Below, piece after piece: positions 27,301 to 40,079 of a stretch of 64,000 nt of DNA. The notes below the pieces were generated by a model. The model was not told the origin of the DNA and did no database searches. It was given only the letters and a program-made list of their open reading frames with translations. Location: the NCBI RefSeq assembly GCF_009914755.1, contig NC_060925.1; one strand, given 5' to 3'. Both the position numbers and the translations under genes were made by a program. Origin of the DNA: the human T2T-CHM13v2.0 reference genome, Homo sapiens. Within the stretch, counting starts at the first letter, position 1; each line of letters begins with the position of its first letter.

Positions 27301-30300
27301 AGGGAGTCTGCATCCTGCATTCCTGGGCAGGGTTCTGATGACATCTGTCCTCTTTCACAGCTCACATTCTGGGGATCTCTGACCTTTGCCCCTCCTTCTC
27401 AATCTCCCTGTCTGTAGCCACCAGGATGAGCCAATTTCACCCATTCCCACCCTCGTTCCCTTCTACTATTGCCCTGCACAGCTTAAGGCCCTCACACTTC
27501 TATCTTTCATGCATGGGACCCTTCTGTCTTTAGCTGAGTTCTGCTTATTACTCTCTCTCTCCTCCTTTGCTCCCTTTCCCATGTCCTTCCAGAAGTCCCC
27601 TGGTCTCTTACTTCAATCTGCCTGTTCCGCCTCCACTGAGACTTTCTGCTGCGCCTTCCTCCTCCTTTAACTCCCTTATGAGAGGACTCTCGACCCATTC
27701 CTCCAACAGCCTCTGCTTGCCTCTTGGGCTGGAGAAATTTCTTTTCATCTCCCCTCATCAGTCATATGGGGCAGATCCCTCAGAATTCCTGCTCTTCCTG
27801 GCAGCCCAGCCAGGAGCAAGTGATTTTGTAGGAAGAGTCATTTCCATGCAATACAAGGTATTGAGGAATGCTGGAGTCGGGGCTTGAAGCAGGGAAGTGT
27901 CCTTCCGCTCTCATCTTATTCCAGGGTGAAACAGCATGACTCCGGTGCCGTCTCCTAGCCCAGAGTTTAGGGCACATTTAGGGGGTGGCTGGATGAAATA
28001 CCCAAATTTCAAGAGTGGTTTGGGAAGGAAGTTCCAGAACTACCTGAGCAGAGGTTAAACTGCTCCTGTCCCCACCTTCCATTTCAGAGAATTCTGCCTG
28101 TAAACCCACTGAGGGCTGAGTTTCCGGAGGCTTCCCTGTGCCCTGCTCTGTCCTCTACCTCTTCCTTGTTCTTGGAGCCCTCCTGTGCCCCCCTGAGAAC
28201 CTAACCCCCCATCCATCCATCCATCAGAGGTTTGTGAGCTTGATTGATTCTGATATCAGGAAGCAAAGGCTGCTCGTTGGAATGCATGGCACCCTGTCCC
28301 TCTTGCTGGGAGTAAATCGAGAGGGAATATTGCCTGGTCCAGGAAATGAGGTGCTAAATTTGTTGTGAGATAGGTGTCACAAGCAATCAAAACGAGCCTT
28401 TCTGCATCCAGCCCTGGACAACTAAATGAGAAATCATTAGGTTATTGCAGAGACCAGGGACAACAGAGGTGGAGGGATGAGAGATCCCCTCCCTATTCCT
28501 TGGGGGTGGGCAACACAGGGAGATCAAAAAGGGAAAGGAAGACTCAGAGATGGAGTGAAAGAGTGTGAGAGAAGAGGCAGGCTGCTTTCTCAAGGTTTCT
28601 CCTACACCTGGATGTGGGGTATCCTCTTTGCCACAGCTGCATCCAGCTCCTCTCTAGGCAGTTTTGTGTGAAGCTTTAGTGGACACCTTCATCAGTCACA
28701 TGTTTCTGGCCTCTCCTCTGGCTGGCATCTAGGGTGGTTCTGAGGCTGAGATGTACTGACACAGGACAGAGAGACAAGTGAGCAGAGTTGGGTGCCCCCA
28801 GATCAGCAGAATTTGGGGTGAGTAGAAAAGCTGAGACAGGCTCATGTGGGAGGCTGATGAGGGCACAGTTCAGGGTGGCTGGTTTTTGTAGGATGGGAAA
28901 GGAAACTGAATATCTCCTTTATAGCCCCTCTGGGAAGACTGCCTGGAGGACGGGGATTTGAAGGTTGCATAGCAGGCTGTGGATGGATGTAGGTCTGCTA
29001 GGAGATGGTGGAGTGGCTGGCATGTGGACAAGTAGGTTGCTCTCTCTTTCTGCTAATACTTGCCTCCTTCATGGAAATGAGGGCACAGAGCTGCCCTGGT
29101 GTTCACATGCTTTGGGGTCCCAGGAACAGTCATCAGTGTGCATGCCCTAAAGAGAAAGTTTCTCCATGTGCCCACACCACAGACTTGCAATTGGTCACTA
29201 AAATCATGTCCCCCACCAATATCCTGTAAATTTCTGAGAGTGGTAAGATGAGTGGTTTTGGCTTCCCTGGCCTCTGCTCTTGGAGCATTTGTTTTCTGCC
29301 TGACAAGGAAACTCAGTCAGGCAGAGCAGGGAAGAACAAGGGCTCCAGCGTCATCAACCCTGAAGTTCTACCTCTGGATGCTCCCTCCTCTATGCAAGCC
29401 TCTGCCTATTGACTGCTGCCATATTGAGACCTGCTCCTACAGCTCTTAATTATGGAGCCTCCACTCCAGGCTTCCTCAGCTCCCTGCAGCAAATTAACAT
29501 TCTGTGCCCCCTGTACGTGTAGAATGAACCGAGTTAGATGGATCGATTCAGCAGCCGGTTGGAACTGCTTTTACTTTACGCAGAATTGATCCAGATGACC
29601 CCAACCTGGGGATTCTAGGAGCGCCTTTGCAGGAAATATTTTTAATGGAGATTAATTGGAAAACTCTAGCATGTCCTGCTTATGTGCAGAAAGTGCCTCG
29701 TTCTCCCTTTTGGTGGCTGTATACCAACACTAGTATGTTGACGTGTGGTAACACACTCACGCTTACCTAGACAGGTGAATGCAAACAAGGACACATGTGT
29801 CCCCCCTTGCACGCAGATACAAAACACACTGACATCACCATAGGCAGCCTCTTCCTTTCTGATTCTTCTCAAGCCTGTCCCCAAACATTATCAGGCTGAC
29901 ACACATGGCCCTGTGCAGCTTAGATGTGCCACAGCTTCCACTTTCGTCTTTCTGAATCTGGACCTCTTTCTTTGTCTATGTCCATTCTCTCCATAGCCCA
30001 GAAGTTTCTGGAGTGCAGAGCCAGAGAAATGTCCAGAAAGAGAAGGCATTAGATTTTTAAAGATGCCTGATCATGATTCCAATTTATTTATGTGCCTGAA
30101 ACCCAGCCACTTCCAATTGCTCACTGGACTTTTATGTTTCTGTGTCTTGGCTCATGCTGTTCCCTTTGTGTGAAATACTCTTCTCCCAGTTCTCTGGCTG
30201 TCGAAATATTTCTTGTCTTCAAGGCTCAATGCCATTCTGGCCGATAAATGTGCATTTATTGAATACCTACTCTGTGGCAAGCAAGACCACCTATGTCCAA

Positions 30301-33300
30301 CTTACGAGGCTATAGTAAGGGCCCAGAGCTATAAAAGGCTAACATGAGTCTCAGCCCAAGGGAAGACCAGTTTGGAAGTCAGATAAGAAAAAAATGCAAT
30401 GTATTTGTTCATTCAACAAACATCAATTAAGATATTCATTCAACAAGCATCTATTAAGGCTGTAAGCTCCTGAGTGGAATAGACCCCCATGTCCATGCCC
30501 TCAGGAGTATTCAGATTGCATGGGTTCCCACATCATTGCCCCCCATCAAGTCGGCCCTGATTTCATCTCATCAGCATGGGCTACCACTGCATGACACTGG
30601 TAGTCTTTCAGCACTTATTTGTTAACTAATTTGTCTCCCTTGATAGAATGTGATGAGCAGGCAACTTCCCATTTTCCAGCTTGCCCATCCCATCAAGCAC
30701 ACTGTTTGGCTTCCAGGAGAGCTGTGCTCAACATACCAGCCAGGCTGAACTGTTTCTAGGATCCTAAAAGGCCTCACTTTCCCAACTTCACACTGCTGTC
30801 TATGCCCTCTGCCTTCCCAGGACAGTTTCTTCTCCCTTCTCTCTCTGCTTACCAGGAAAACTCCTACTCATCCCTCGGATCTTGTCAAAGACATCACTTC
30901 CTACAGGATTCGTTCCTGCACCTCAGGTACTTTCCTCCATGTTGCCCCATCATGGCCGCTGTCGCACTGTATGGACTTGGTGCTTGGGTATGTCTACCAG
31001 ACTTGAAGCTGGATGATGGCAGGACTAGGTCTGTCGTGTTCACCTTTGTATTCCAGGGTCCAGGACAGTGTACAGTATGGTAGGCATTCAATAAGTATTT
31101 ATTACATGAATAGATGTATGTTGAATTAAGTTTATTTTCTCTGGAGGGTGGTGTTTTATACATTCATCCTTAATTCAGATAAGCAAATAATAAGCTTTTA
31201 CTGAGCACCTATGGTGTGTGTGGATGATGCACGACTAAGATTACATTTATTGCCTCAAGAAGTTTGCCATCTATTCGTCTGGAAAAGGAGCCAAAATAAA
31301 AAAAGTTATAGCTGCAGACTAGACTCCAGGTCTGAATCCATATGATTATGTTCAAGTCCCATTACCAAGTCTTTGGCGTCATGGTTAACTGCCATGGGGA
31401 AAAGGTTTTACTTATACCTTTGACTTCCATCCTAGACTGTTTTTTGACCTGTTCTTCCCCCTTCAGATGGCCCTGTTTAAAGAATTCCTTCCTTTAAACT
31501 TTGAGTCCACCCTAATTGACCTGTTACAAATTGATTATTTGATGGGTGTAAGTCCAAAGTAAGAAGAAAATTTATGGTGTGTAAATAGAATGCTAAAGCA
31601 TCAGAGTTGAAAGGAATCCTAAATATTACCTAGAGCCCTCCGGAGCATTGCTGCCAGGTGGCCATCCAGCCTTATCTTGAACACCTCTAGTGATGGGAAG
31701 CCTCTGCTATGTGCTATTAGAAAATTTTATGTGAATAACAATATCTATTCCTTGGGATCTACAACTGTTAATGTCTATCCTAGGGCTTGTATGGAAGGGG
31801 CAGTGATGGGGTCTGGGGACACACCTGTGTTATGGGCATGTCTAGTGTCTGCCAAGCCAGCCTTTCTTAGAGGCACTAGTGGAGAGCCAGGGAGGGTTGA
31901 TGTCTACAGCATTCATCAGAGCCCCATACCTTCCCGTATTAGTTGCTCACCTGGCTCATAGACTCAGATGGTTCATCTGGAAATTCCAGCCTCTGGAAGG
32001 AGAATAATGTCTAACACCTAAACCTGCTGGTCTTTTTTTTTTTTTTTTTTTAATTTTGAAGTGGGAAAGAGGGGCAAGAGTTGGGGGGTGGGAGGTGAGG
32101 AGGCATAGAAATGTAATAAAGCTTTTAAAATTAGAAACAGAGAGGGGTCCTTCAGAGTGCTTGCCTGGTATCAGAAGATCTGGATTTACTTCTGGTTCTT
32201 TGGTTTCAGGGTCAAGGAGAGAATGCCCTCCTCACTGTTGCCCAGCTCTTTGTGGATTTCTGAGTTGAGGCTGTTTATTCAGGAGACTGTTCCTAAAAGT
32301 GCCAGGAGACCTCTAGAGAGGGTCTGGGACAAGCCTGCATTTCTTCCTGGGCTTCCAGCCTGTTGCGGGGACCCAGGCACCATTCTGGCTCTTCTCAGAT
32401 TGTGCTTAGAAGCTCTGTTGGTAACAGTGGTAACTAAGAATGCTGAAGTAAGCAGTGGGAGGTTTTCAGAGCAGAACTTGCACTTGCCTTAATTATGGAG
32501 CCTGTAGGGAGGTGTCGTGCCCAGAGGGGATGGCTTTACTAAAAGAAGGGAATAGGGTTAGACTCCAGGAAAAATTTTGTGCCTGCCCAGGAAAAGGCAG
32601 GATGGCAAGAGATGAAGGAGTAATTGACCTCTCTTCTAGGAGGTGAGGTTAGAGAACCCCTTGAGGACGCCTGCAGAAGGGAGGTGAGCTGTGAGCCAGC
32701 CTTGGTTTGTGGGGAGACACAAAGGCCCTGTCCTCTGTTGCCTTCTGTGTTACCTCATATATAGCCCACCTCATTCTCTTCTCTCCCTCCTTGGCTAATC
32801 CTTTCAAAGCTCCCTTCCATTTCCCAAAGACGTCATTCCTTTTCTTCAACCTAGAAGCTCAAGACCTTCAGATGAGGCCAGAGGGTGGGAATCGCAGCCC
32901 GGATTTCTGCCTGTGAGACCCCACTGTCTCTGCCGCCTGCCCTCTTTCCCCTCAGCTTTCTCCAGTTTCTTCTCTCTTGTTCTTTTGTCCTTCTTATTTT
33001 CGTTCTCATTTTCCTCTCCCAGATGGTCTCCTTACTTTATTTCTTGATTCTCACTTCTCATTTTTTATCAAATTTCCCAACCTTCTTTTCCATAACTCCT
33101 CTCTCATCACCTTTTTTTTTTTGTTTCTTCTTTCAGTGAAGGAGGGTTTCCAGGAAGAGCCTCTTCTTGCCCCACCATCAGTGCAGGAAGAGTAGGCTTT
33201 GGGATGTGCCCTGCCTCTAGAGAGGGGCCCTCTGTCATTGTGAGGCTAGTGCCAAAGCCACCGGGAATTTGGAGACATGCCAACTCCACATCCCTCCCTC

Positions 33301-36300
33301 CCTCCCTGACCCTCAGCTCCTTCAAAATAAAGAATGTTGGAGTGGCGACCATCAAGGCCTTTCCTACCTACCTCCAGTCATCATTCTAATTCAGTTCTCT
33401 TCTCTTCCCCTTGCTTGTCTCTCTGTCCTGTCCTCTGTTTCTTTCATACCATAGTGTCCTCTTAGCACCTTTCTTCCTCACCTGACCTTAAAACAATCTT
33501 TAACAGCCTCTTGCTTACTTTTCCCACAACTAGCTTTCTCTTTTATCTCCTTTGCTCTCTATTTCTGCCTATGACTCTTTCTTGTCATCTTTTTTCTCTT
33601 CCCAGTCTGACTTTGCACATTGAGGCATCTCCTTCAGTGTCCTGCGTCTCAGTTTCCTTCCCTCCCACTGTGTGGACCCTGGGAATTGCTGGAAAGCCAA
33701 GCCTTGGACCCTGCCTCCATGTGCTCCTGTAGGTCAGGGAGGCAGGTGCAGGGCCTGGATGGAGAGGACAGAGGCTCCCCGTCCCTTTCTGCTTTCCCAC
33801 CCCAGCTTCTGGTGCCTTTCTCCATCTCTTGCAGCCTTCTCTGGCCCTGGCCTAGTTTCTGCTCTCTCGCCTCCTTCCCGCTCTGTCTTTTGCTCTCCTT
33901 CCTCTTAGCCTCCTATCTGAACTAAGTCCCTACCTGCCACCTGCCTCCTGTCTCCCCTACCTCCCTTCCCTTGCCCACTAAAGCCAGATTAAAATTCAGG
34001 TTTTCAGCAGAACCATCCATCAGCCCTACCACCCCCTTTCTGCTCCCATCTGTCTGTCATACCTGCTATAGCCAACACATTTAGGCTCCCCATGCCATTG
34101 TCCTTCCCATAAAACATTCTCAGGAGCCCTTGCCAGGGTACATTTGCATAGAGCTGTCCTACTAGGTCTGGCGCAGGTGCCCTGAGCTGGAGGTTCAAAT
34201 GGGGCAGGTGGGAGTGTTTCCAGCATCACTTCCAGCCTTTTCCATGTAGAGCTCAAAGTCCTGTGAGTGGGCCTGGGCTGGCAGGTCGCTTCAGGGATCT
34301 CAGCTGCCTGATCTCTATCCTCCTTGCACCACCATGAGCCCTAATGGAAGGGATGTGAGAAACTCTGATGGGAGCTTCTAATGGGAAAGGAAAGGATGGC
34401 CTCTCTTCTCCTATGCCGGATACCTCATCTGGGTCCTCAGCCTCTGTCTTAGTGACACACACCCACAGACCTCCCTCCACATCCCTGCAGGATGAGGGAG
34501 GAAACGCCCCAGGGAGGAAATGCCAAGATGGGCCCAGGTACACTAGTTCCTCCCAGCAGTCGGTGCTGAGTCCTTAAGTGTCCTCAAGGTTTGACCGAGG
34601 CCCCAGGTCAGCAGGAGGCAGGGTTGCAATCTGAGGACATTAGAGATGGGAAGGCCCTTGGGGGCCAAGTGAATCTTCTCCTCCCTTTTACAGGCTAAGG
34701 AGCCTGAGACCCAAATAAGTGAAATGAGCTCTCCAAGTCACACAGCAGGTTGGTGGCAGAGCCAGGACCAGACAAGCCCACGTCTCCTAACTTCTGGCTT
34801 AGAGTACTTCTGTCCCTTCCTGGCAGGACTGTGCTGGGCTGATCCCGCTTGCATTTTTCAGGGCTCTGTTCCTGCCTCTTGAGGTGACTAATCCACAGGC
34901 CCAGAACAGTAAGCCTTCTTGCCCTGTCACTGTAAGCACCAGCCAGCCCCTCCAGCCAGCCGCTGCAGCTGGCCTCTGTGGTCTGCTCAGATGCAAGGAA
35001 ACCAGGCCAGACCATGGTCACTTGTAAAATCCCATCTGGTCCCTGGAAAGATTCCCCTACGGCTGTCCCTACCATACCCCCAGCCTTAGAGACGGACAGA
35101 AGGGAGGCGGTGGCCAAGCTGCTTGGATGAGGGAGGAGAGATTGATTCTTCTGTCCATGGCTTTGGCTTCCTGGGATGAGAAAGGACCAGCAGTGGGAAG
35201 GCGGTAAAGGTGGATTCAGTCTGGGCATTTGAGGCTCCTACTGTTCAGTGTCTTTTTCACTGCAAACTGTGAAATGAAGCCAGAGAGCTTTGGTCGGCAG
35301 AGACAGGAGGTGATAATAGTCCTTAAATGTTTAGAAACTTGTCTTTGGGGAATGCCGTTTGTCATTTCTCTCTCTTCGTCTGATGTCCATATCACCTGAC
35401 ATCTACGTGTAGTCATTCCTCTGAGATTATCCACTGAGAGCAAGGCAATGGAGTTTTCTGACCTCTGATGCCTCATCTGTCAAAGGAGGGGGTTAAGGGT
35501 CTCTAAAGTCAGTCACATCAAAATTTGACATTTTAGGATTCTAGGCTGGGCTGTGTATAAGGCAAAATCAACAGACCCAGACCCCTCATCCGCAGTAGCT
35601 GGGCAGGCACAGAGCTTTACTCTGGGGAGCCTCTGCCTGCCTCCATGGCCCTTGCCAGGTTTCTTTCTCTGGATCTGTCCTCACCCTGCCCAGCCCCAGC
35701 TCAGCACTCCCCTCCCTTCCTCCCTCCTTCTTGCCTTCTCTTCTCCTCTATCAGAAGTGCCAATCTCTCCCTTTCTTCTCTCCTTCGCCCTTCGATGGCC
35801 CAGCCTAGAGAATTGAAATCCTCTTTCTCTGAGAGAACCCAATGTGAGGGGACCTCTCTGGCTGTTGTATTTTTCATAGAGCAAGAAGGGAATGACTGGG
35901 GTTGGGGGGAAAAGAGTCCTGCGGGGGTGGGGAGAGCCAAGATGTGAGAGCAGAGAGGGAGGGAGAGTGGAGTGTGGAGAGATTTAGTTCCATCTGAAAG
36001 CTGTCGGTGCGAATCAGAGGCTTCCCTTTGAACCAGCAGCACGATCTGGAGTGGAGAGCGTGGGGACTGCTCTGGCCCAGGGGGTTCATTACTGCTCGTT
36101 TGATAAATCCGGGGAGACAGGGCCTGTCCTCCACCACCCCCTACTTCTGCCGCCTGGTCCCCTGGCATCTCATGTGCTTGGCCCCATTCCCTCTCTGGTT
36201 CCGGGCTGGCCTGGCAGCCCAGGCTCTGGGAACATGACCATCAGGGCACGTGTGCAGAGACACGGAAGCAGACGGGCATCCATGGGTGCAGAGACAAGTA

Positions 36301-36400
36301 CTTGAATGTGGGAGGGGTGTGTGTGCGCATGTGCTTGCTGGTAAATGCATGCGCTTGTGTGTTATGGTACATGTGTCCCTATAAGAAGTGTATGACGTAC

Positions 36401-36401
<1 letters not shown>

Positions 36402-36437
<36 letters not shown>
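36402..36437. repeat. (TG)n microsatellite
   Basis: 18 perfect units. Confidence 0.98.
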
Positions 36438-36440
<3 letters not shown>

Positions 36441-38944
36441 CTAAGCATTTCCAGCCCCTCTAGGATAGATTTAGAGGTCACTTCCTAGTTCTTTGTCAAA
36501 AATGGGATTCGACCTTGTTGTCCTCCCGGTCTTTGCAGGAGCAGGAAGTGTGTTCACACACAGAGACTGGCCTAGCTCTGGACCCCAGTGCCCTGATGAG
36601 GATGGAGCAGGGAGCTGGAGAACAGGGATAGTCGCCCCAGGAGGATCAGTGTTAAGAGGGAGAGAGTGCTCCAGGTGAGGGGACAGTATTAAGGGGAGGT
36701 GGAGAAACCCCTGGGGACTGGTTTTGCACAGTGACCTGAATCTGAGCTGGGAGGTTCCAAGAGAAGACAGCAGTGGCCAGGCTGCTGAGATGGCATTCCA
36801 AGGGAGCCAGTGGCCTGGCTCCTTGCTGTGCTCTCTGTCCGATACTTACCAGCTGTGTGACTAGACGGAAGTTTCTTGATGTCCCTGAGCCTTAGCTTTT
36901 TTTATTAAGGATAGTAATTGTGCCTGCCTTATTGGGTTGTTGTGTATAAAAGTGGCAGTGGATTAGTGAGCTGCACAGAACAGTCATTGGCCCTTTATAA
37001 GCAGGGGCTACTTCTGCTGGTAGCCACTGGTGGCCTGAAGGTTGGTGCTTTATGAATCACCAAAACCTCTCTGGATGCTGTTGACAGTCGTTCCAGCCTT
37101 GGCTACCGCTCCTCCCTTCGTGTAGGGACATCTAGACCAAGTCTTCTATGTTGGTGGCAGTGTGTGGGGCAAGTCCTGCGTGGCTATAAAGTGCTGGCCA
37201 GCCCAGAGCTGAAGAGTGCAGCCTCCCAGGAGGTAAACAGGGTTAAGATGGGAGTGTAAGCTGTAGGGCAGGAAGAAGGAGTGGTAGATGGCAGAACTTA
37301 ACTGATAGTTCTCTTCTGGGTAGAGGTCATGAATCTCGTCCATTCTGGAGAGACACCCGGGATATCCCTGTAGCAGAAAATACCTGAGTTCACATCCCAT
37401 CTCTGCCACTTAACAGCTGTACCTTAAGCACCCTCAGCCTTATTTCCCTTTTCTATAAAACAGAGATAATAATAGTGGATTATTATGCAGAAACAGTGTC
37501 TACAAGGCATCTGCCTCGGTGCCTGGCACATAGTTGGCATCTTATAATTGGGAGTGTTTATTATTAAGGAACATTGCTGGGGTTGAAGGGTCAAGGAAGA
37601 TAAATCAAAGCATCTCTGTTATCCAGGGGCTCCCAAGAGTGTGGGGGAGACAGAAACACACACATATGGGTAACTTTTAATCCAAGGCAGGCTGTGATAA
37701 AGTGTTATAACCAGAGGCCCCAACAATGCAGTAAGAGAAGAGGGAGGGAATGATTCCCAGTCTGAGGCTAGAGGGGCTTTGCCTTATGGGGTGTGTGTGG
37801 TGAGGGTTGTGGGCTAACCTGAAAGGACGGATGTCTGAGAGAGAGGCAGAGAGGATGCTGGTGGGCGATTAGGGTTACCTCACCTCTCACCTTGCCTCAC
37901 CTGGGGAAGAAGCACAGAGCTGCCACGCCAAATTCCCTATTGCTCTCCTAATTTCTCCCCAGGGTCCCTCTGTGCTCCTCTCACCCCTCAAGACTCTGAT
38001 CTCCTCCACCTAATTAGACTATTCACCTGCCTGCAAACCCTGGCTGGGCCTTCTCGTAATTTCCTATCCAGTGAGAAAAACGGAGTGTCCAACCCTGGGG
38101 CAGGAGATGGGGTGCTGCCAGGGCCCCCAGCTCCCCTCCCACCTCTGTCTTTCTCCTGGTCTCCATCTCTCTGCCTTCCTTCCCCCCTGCTTTGCCTCGG
38201 GTTTCTATTACTCCATGGGTGTCTTTGTCTCACTGGCTCCTCCTGGCACTTTTCTCTCTGGATTTCTGTCGGCCCGGCCTGCGTCTTTTCCACGCTGGGC
38301 TCTTTCCTACAGAGCTCGCCTCTTCCCTTCTCACTCTAGTCTCCTTTCCCTCCTCGCTCTCCCTCTGCCTCTGCGTGGGTGTCTGTCTTTGTCTCTGTTT
38401 CTCAGCGTTGTCTACGCCTCTGTCAGCCTTCTGGGTACGTGTGGGTGCGTGTGAGTATGTGTGAGTGTGCGTGCCCTGGCACACAGGTATGCTGCTCAGT
38501 TTTTCTCTGCCTGTCTTCACAATGACTGCTTAAGAGCTCACCACAGCTGTGATGGTGTCTGAAGGCAGGGAGGGAGCAAGATCAAAGCAGATGGGAATAC
38601 ACTTAAAACATACGCGCAGAATCTCACTGGCTGGCCCCAGACTGGAGCTGCCAGAATTTGACCCAGCAATGGTCTGTTTTCACTGTATGTCTGTGGTCAG
38701 GACCTTCCTGGTTCCCCTCCCACCTGGCCCCCGGGAGGCCACCTTCCCACCCCACATAGAGCAGTTTCCTTGTGTTTCTGTTTGGCACTGGTTTTATTTC
38801 CTGGAAGGGGGCGCAGGCATAGGGACGGGATTGAAATGTCATCCTCAGTCCAGGGCAGGCTCTGCTCTGTGGCGTGGATGGTGGACGGCCAGGCAACCAG
38901 GACCTGAGAGGCAGGTGTGCACACAAATGTGTGCCTAGGACACT

Positions 38945-40079
38945 TGCTAGGCCACTTGTCCTGGGTTTTTAGTGGCTTCTTGACACTCAAGGGCAAACCA
39001 ACACCTCATCCCCCTTTTACATTGTAATGCTACTGGGTCCCCTCTCCCCTTCCTGCTAACTGATCAGCCATGCCCTGTCCGAGGCCTGCACCTCACTGCT
39101 CACTTTCTAGGCTTTCTCCTCTGCTCTCCCACATCCCCCTCGCCACCACCATATGTCAGAACCGTCCAGAGCCTGTTTCCCTTGCCCTTCCCTTCTCTGC
39201 TCCACATTCTCTTTTTCAGGGAGCTTCCCAGGACCGACTCCAAGTTCCACCCAGCATTGTTCCTCCTCTCACTGAGAGGAGGGTGCTGTCCTCTTCACCT
39301 GCCCAGCCTGTCTCTACCTCGGTGGAAGTCTGTGAGCCTTCTGGGGTCAGGGGCATGCTCTGCCTCCTTTTCTGGATGGTGGTTTCACAGGCAGGACTGT
39401 GGACTCGGATTTGCTCACTCTCACTCCCTCAGTCAACAGACATATTTGGAACACCTGTAGTGTGCCAGGCAGCAGGCCCTGCACCTGGTGATGGGCTTGA
39501 CTATAAGTGGCACAGTCCAGACTCCTGGAGTTGCCCCTGGGGTAACAGCAGGGATGGGGTGGCCAGTGCAGTGTGGGCCCTACTACAGCAGAAGTGAGAC
39601 GTGAGTAGGAAGACCTTGAGGGAACTACACGAAAGTCACGGGAGACTTCCCAGAGGAGGTGACTGTTTGAATCCCGAGGGAGCAGGGGGAGCAGTGTCCA
39701 CCCCAGGGAAAGGCCTGTGCAAGGGCATGAAGAGGTGACAAAGGCCTCCTCTCAGTGAGAGGAGGAACAATGCTGGGTGGAACTTGGAGTCGGTCCTGGG
39801 AAGCTCCCTGAAAAAGAGAATGTGGAGCAGAGAAGGGAAGGGCAAGGGAAACAGGCTCTGGACAGTTCTGACATGTGGTGGCGAGGGGGATGTGGGAGAG
39901 CAGAGGAGAAAGCCTAGAAAGTGAGCAGTGAGGTGCAGGCCTCGGACAGGGCATGGCTGATCAGTTAGCAGGAAGGGGAGAGGGGACCCAGTAGCATTAC
40001 AATGTAAAAGGGGGATGAGGTGTTGGTTTGCCCTTGAGTGTCAAGAAGCCACTAAAAACCCAGGACAAGTGGCCTAGCA
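38945..40079. repeat. Near-perfect inverted repeat: arms 38945-39282 and 39745-40079, 462-bp spacer
   Basis: Arms differ only by a 3-bp indel and one C/T; mirrored ORFs 39070(+) and 39954(-) in the track. Confidence 0.98.

Noticed and set aside
29445-32503. Exact 16-mer cttaattatggagcct at 29445 and 32488
   Set aside because: Roughly one 16-mer match is expected by chance in 64 kb, and there is no flanking extension
32935-33240. Long pyrimidine tract ending tttcag as a cryptic exon acceptor
   Set aside because: Only a weak downstream donor and no coding signal; cannot be supported without RNA data
39070-39954. Mirrored 175-aa and 109-aa ORFs with near-identical N-termini
   Set aside because: A consequence of the inverted repeat; no protein-like features or splice context
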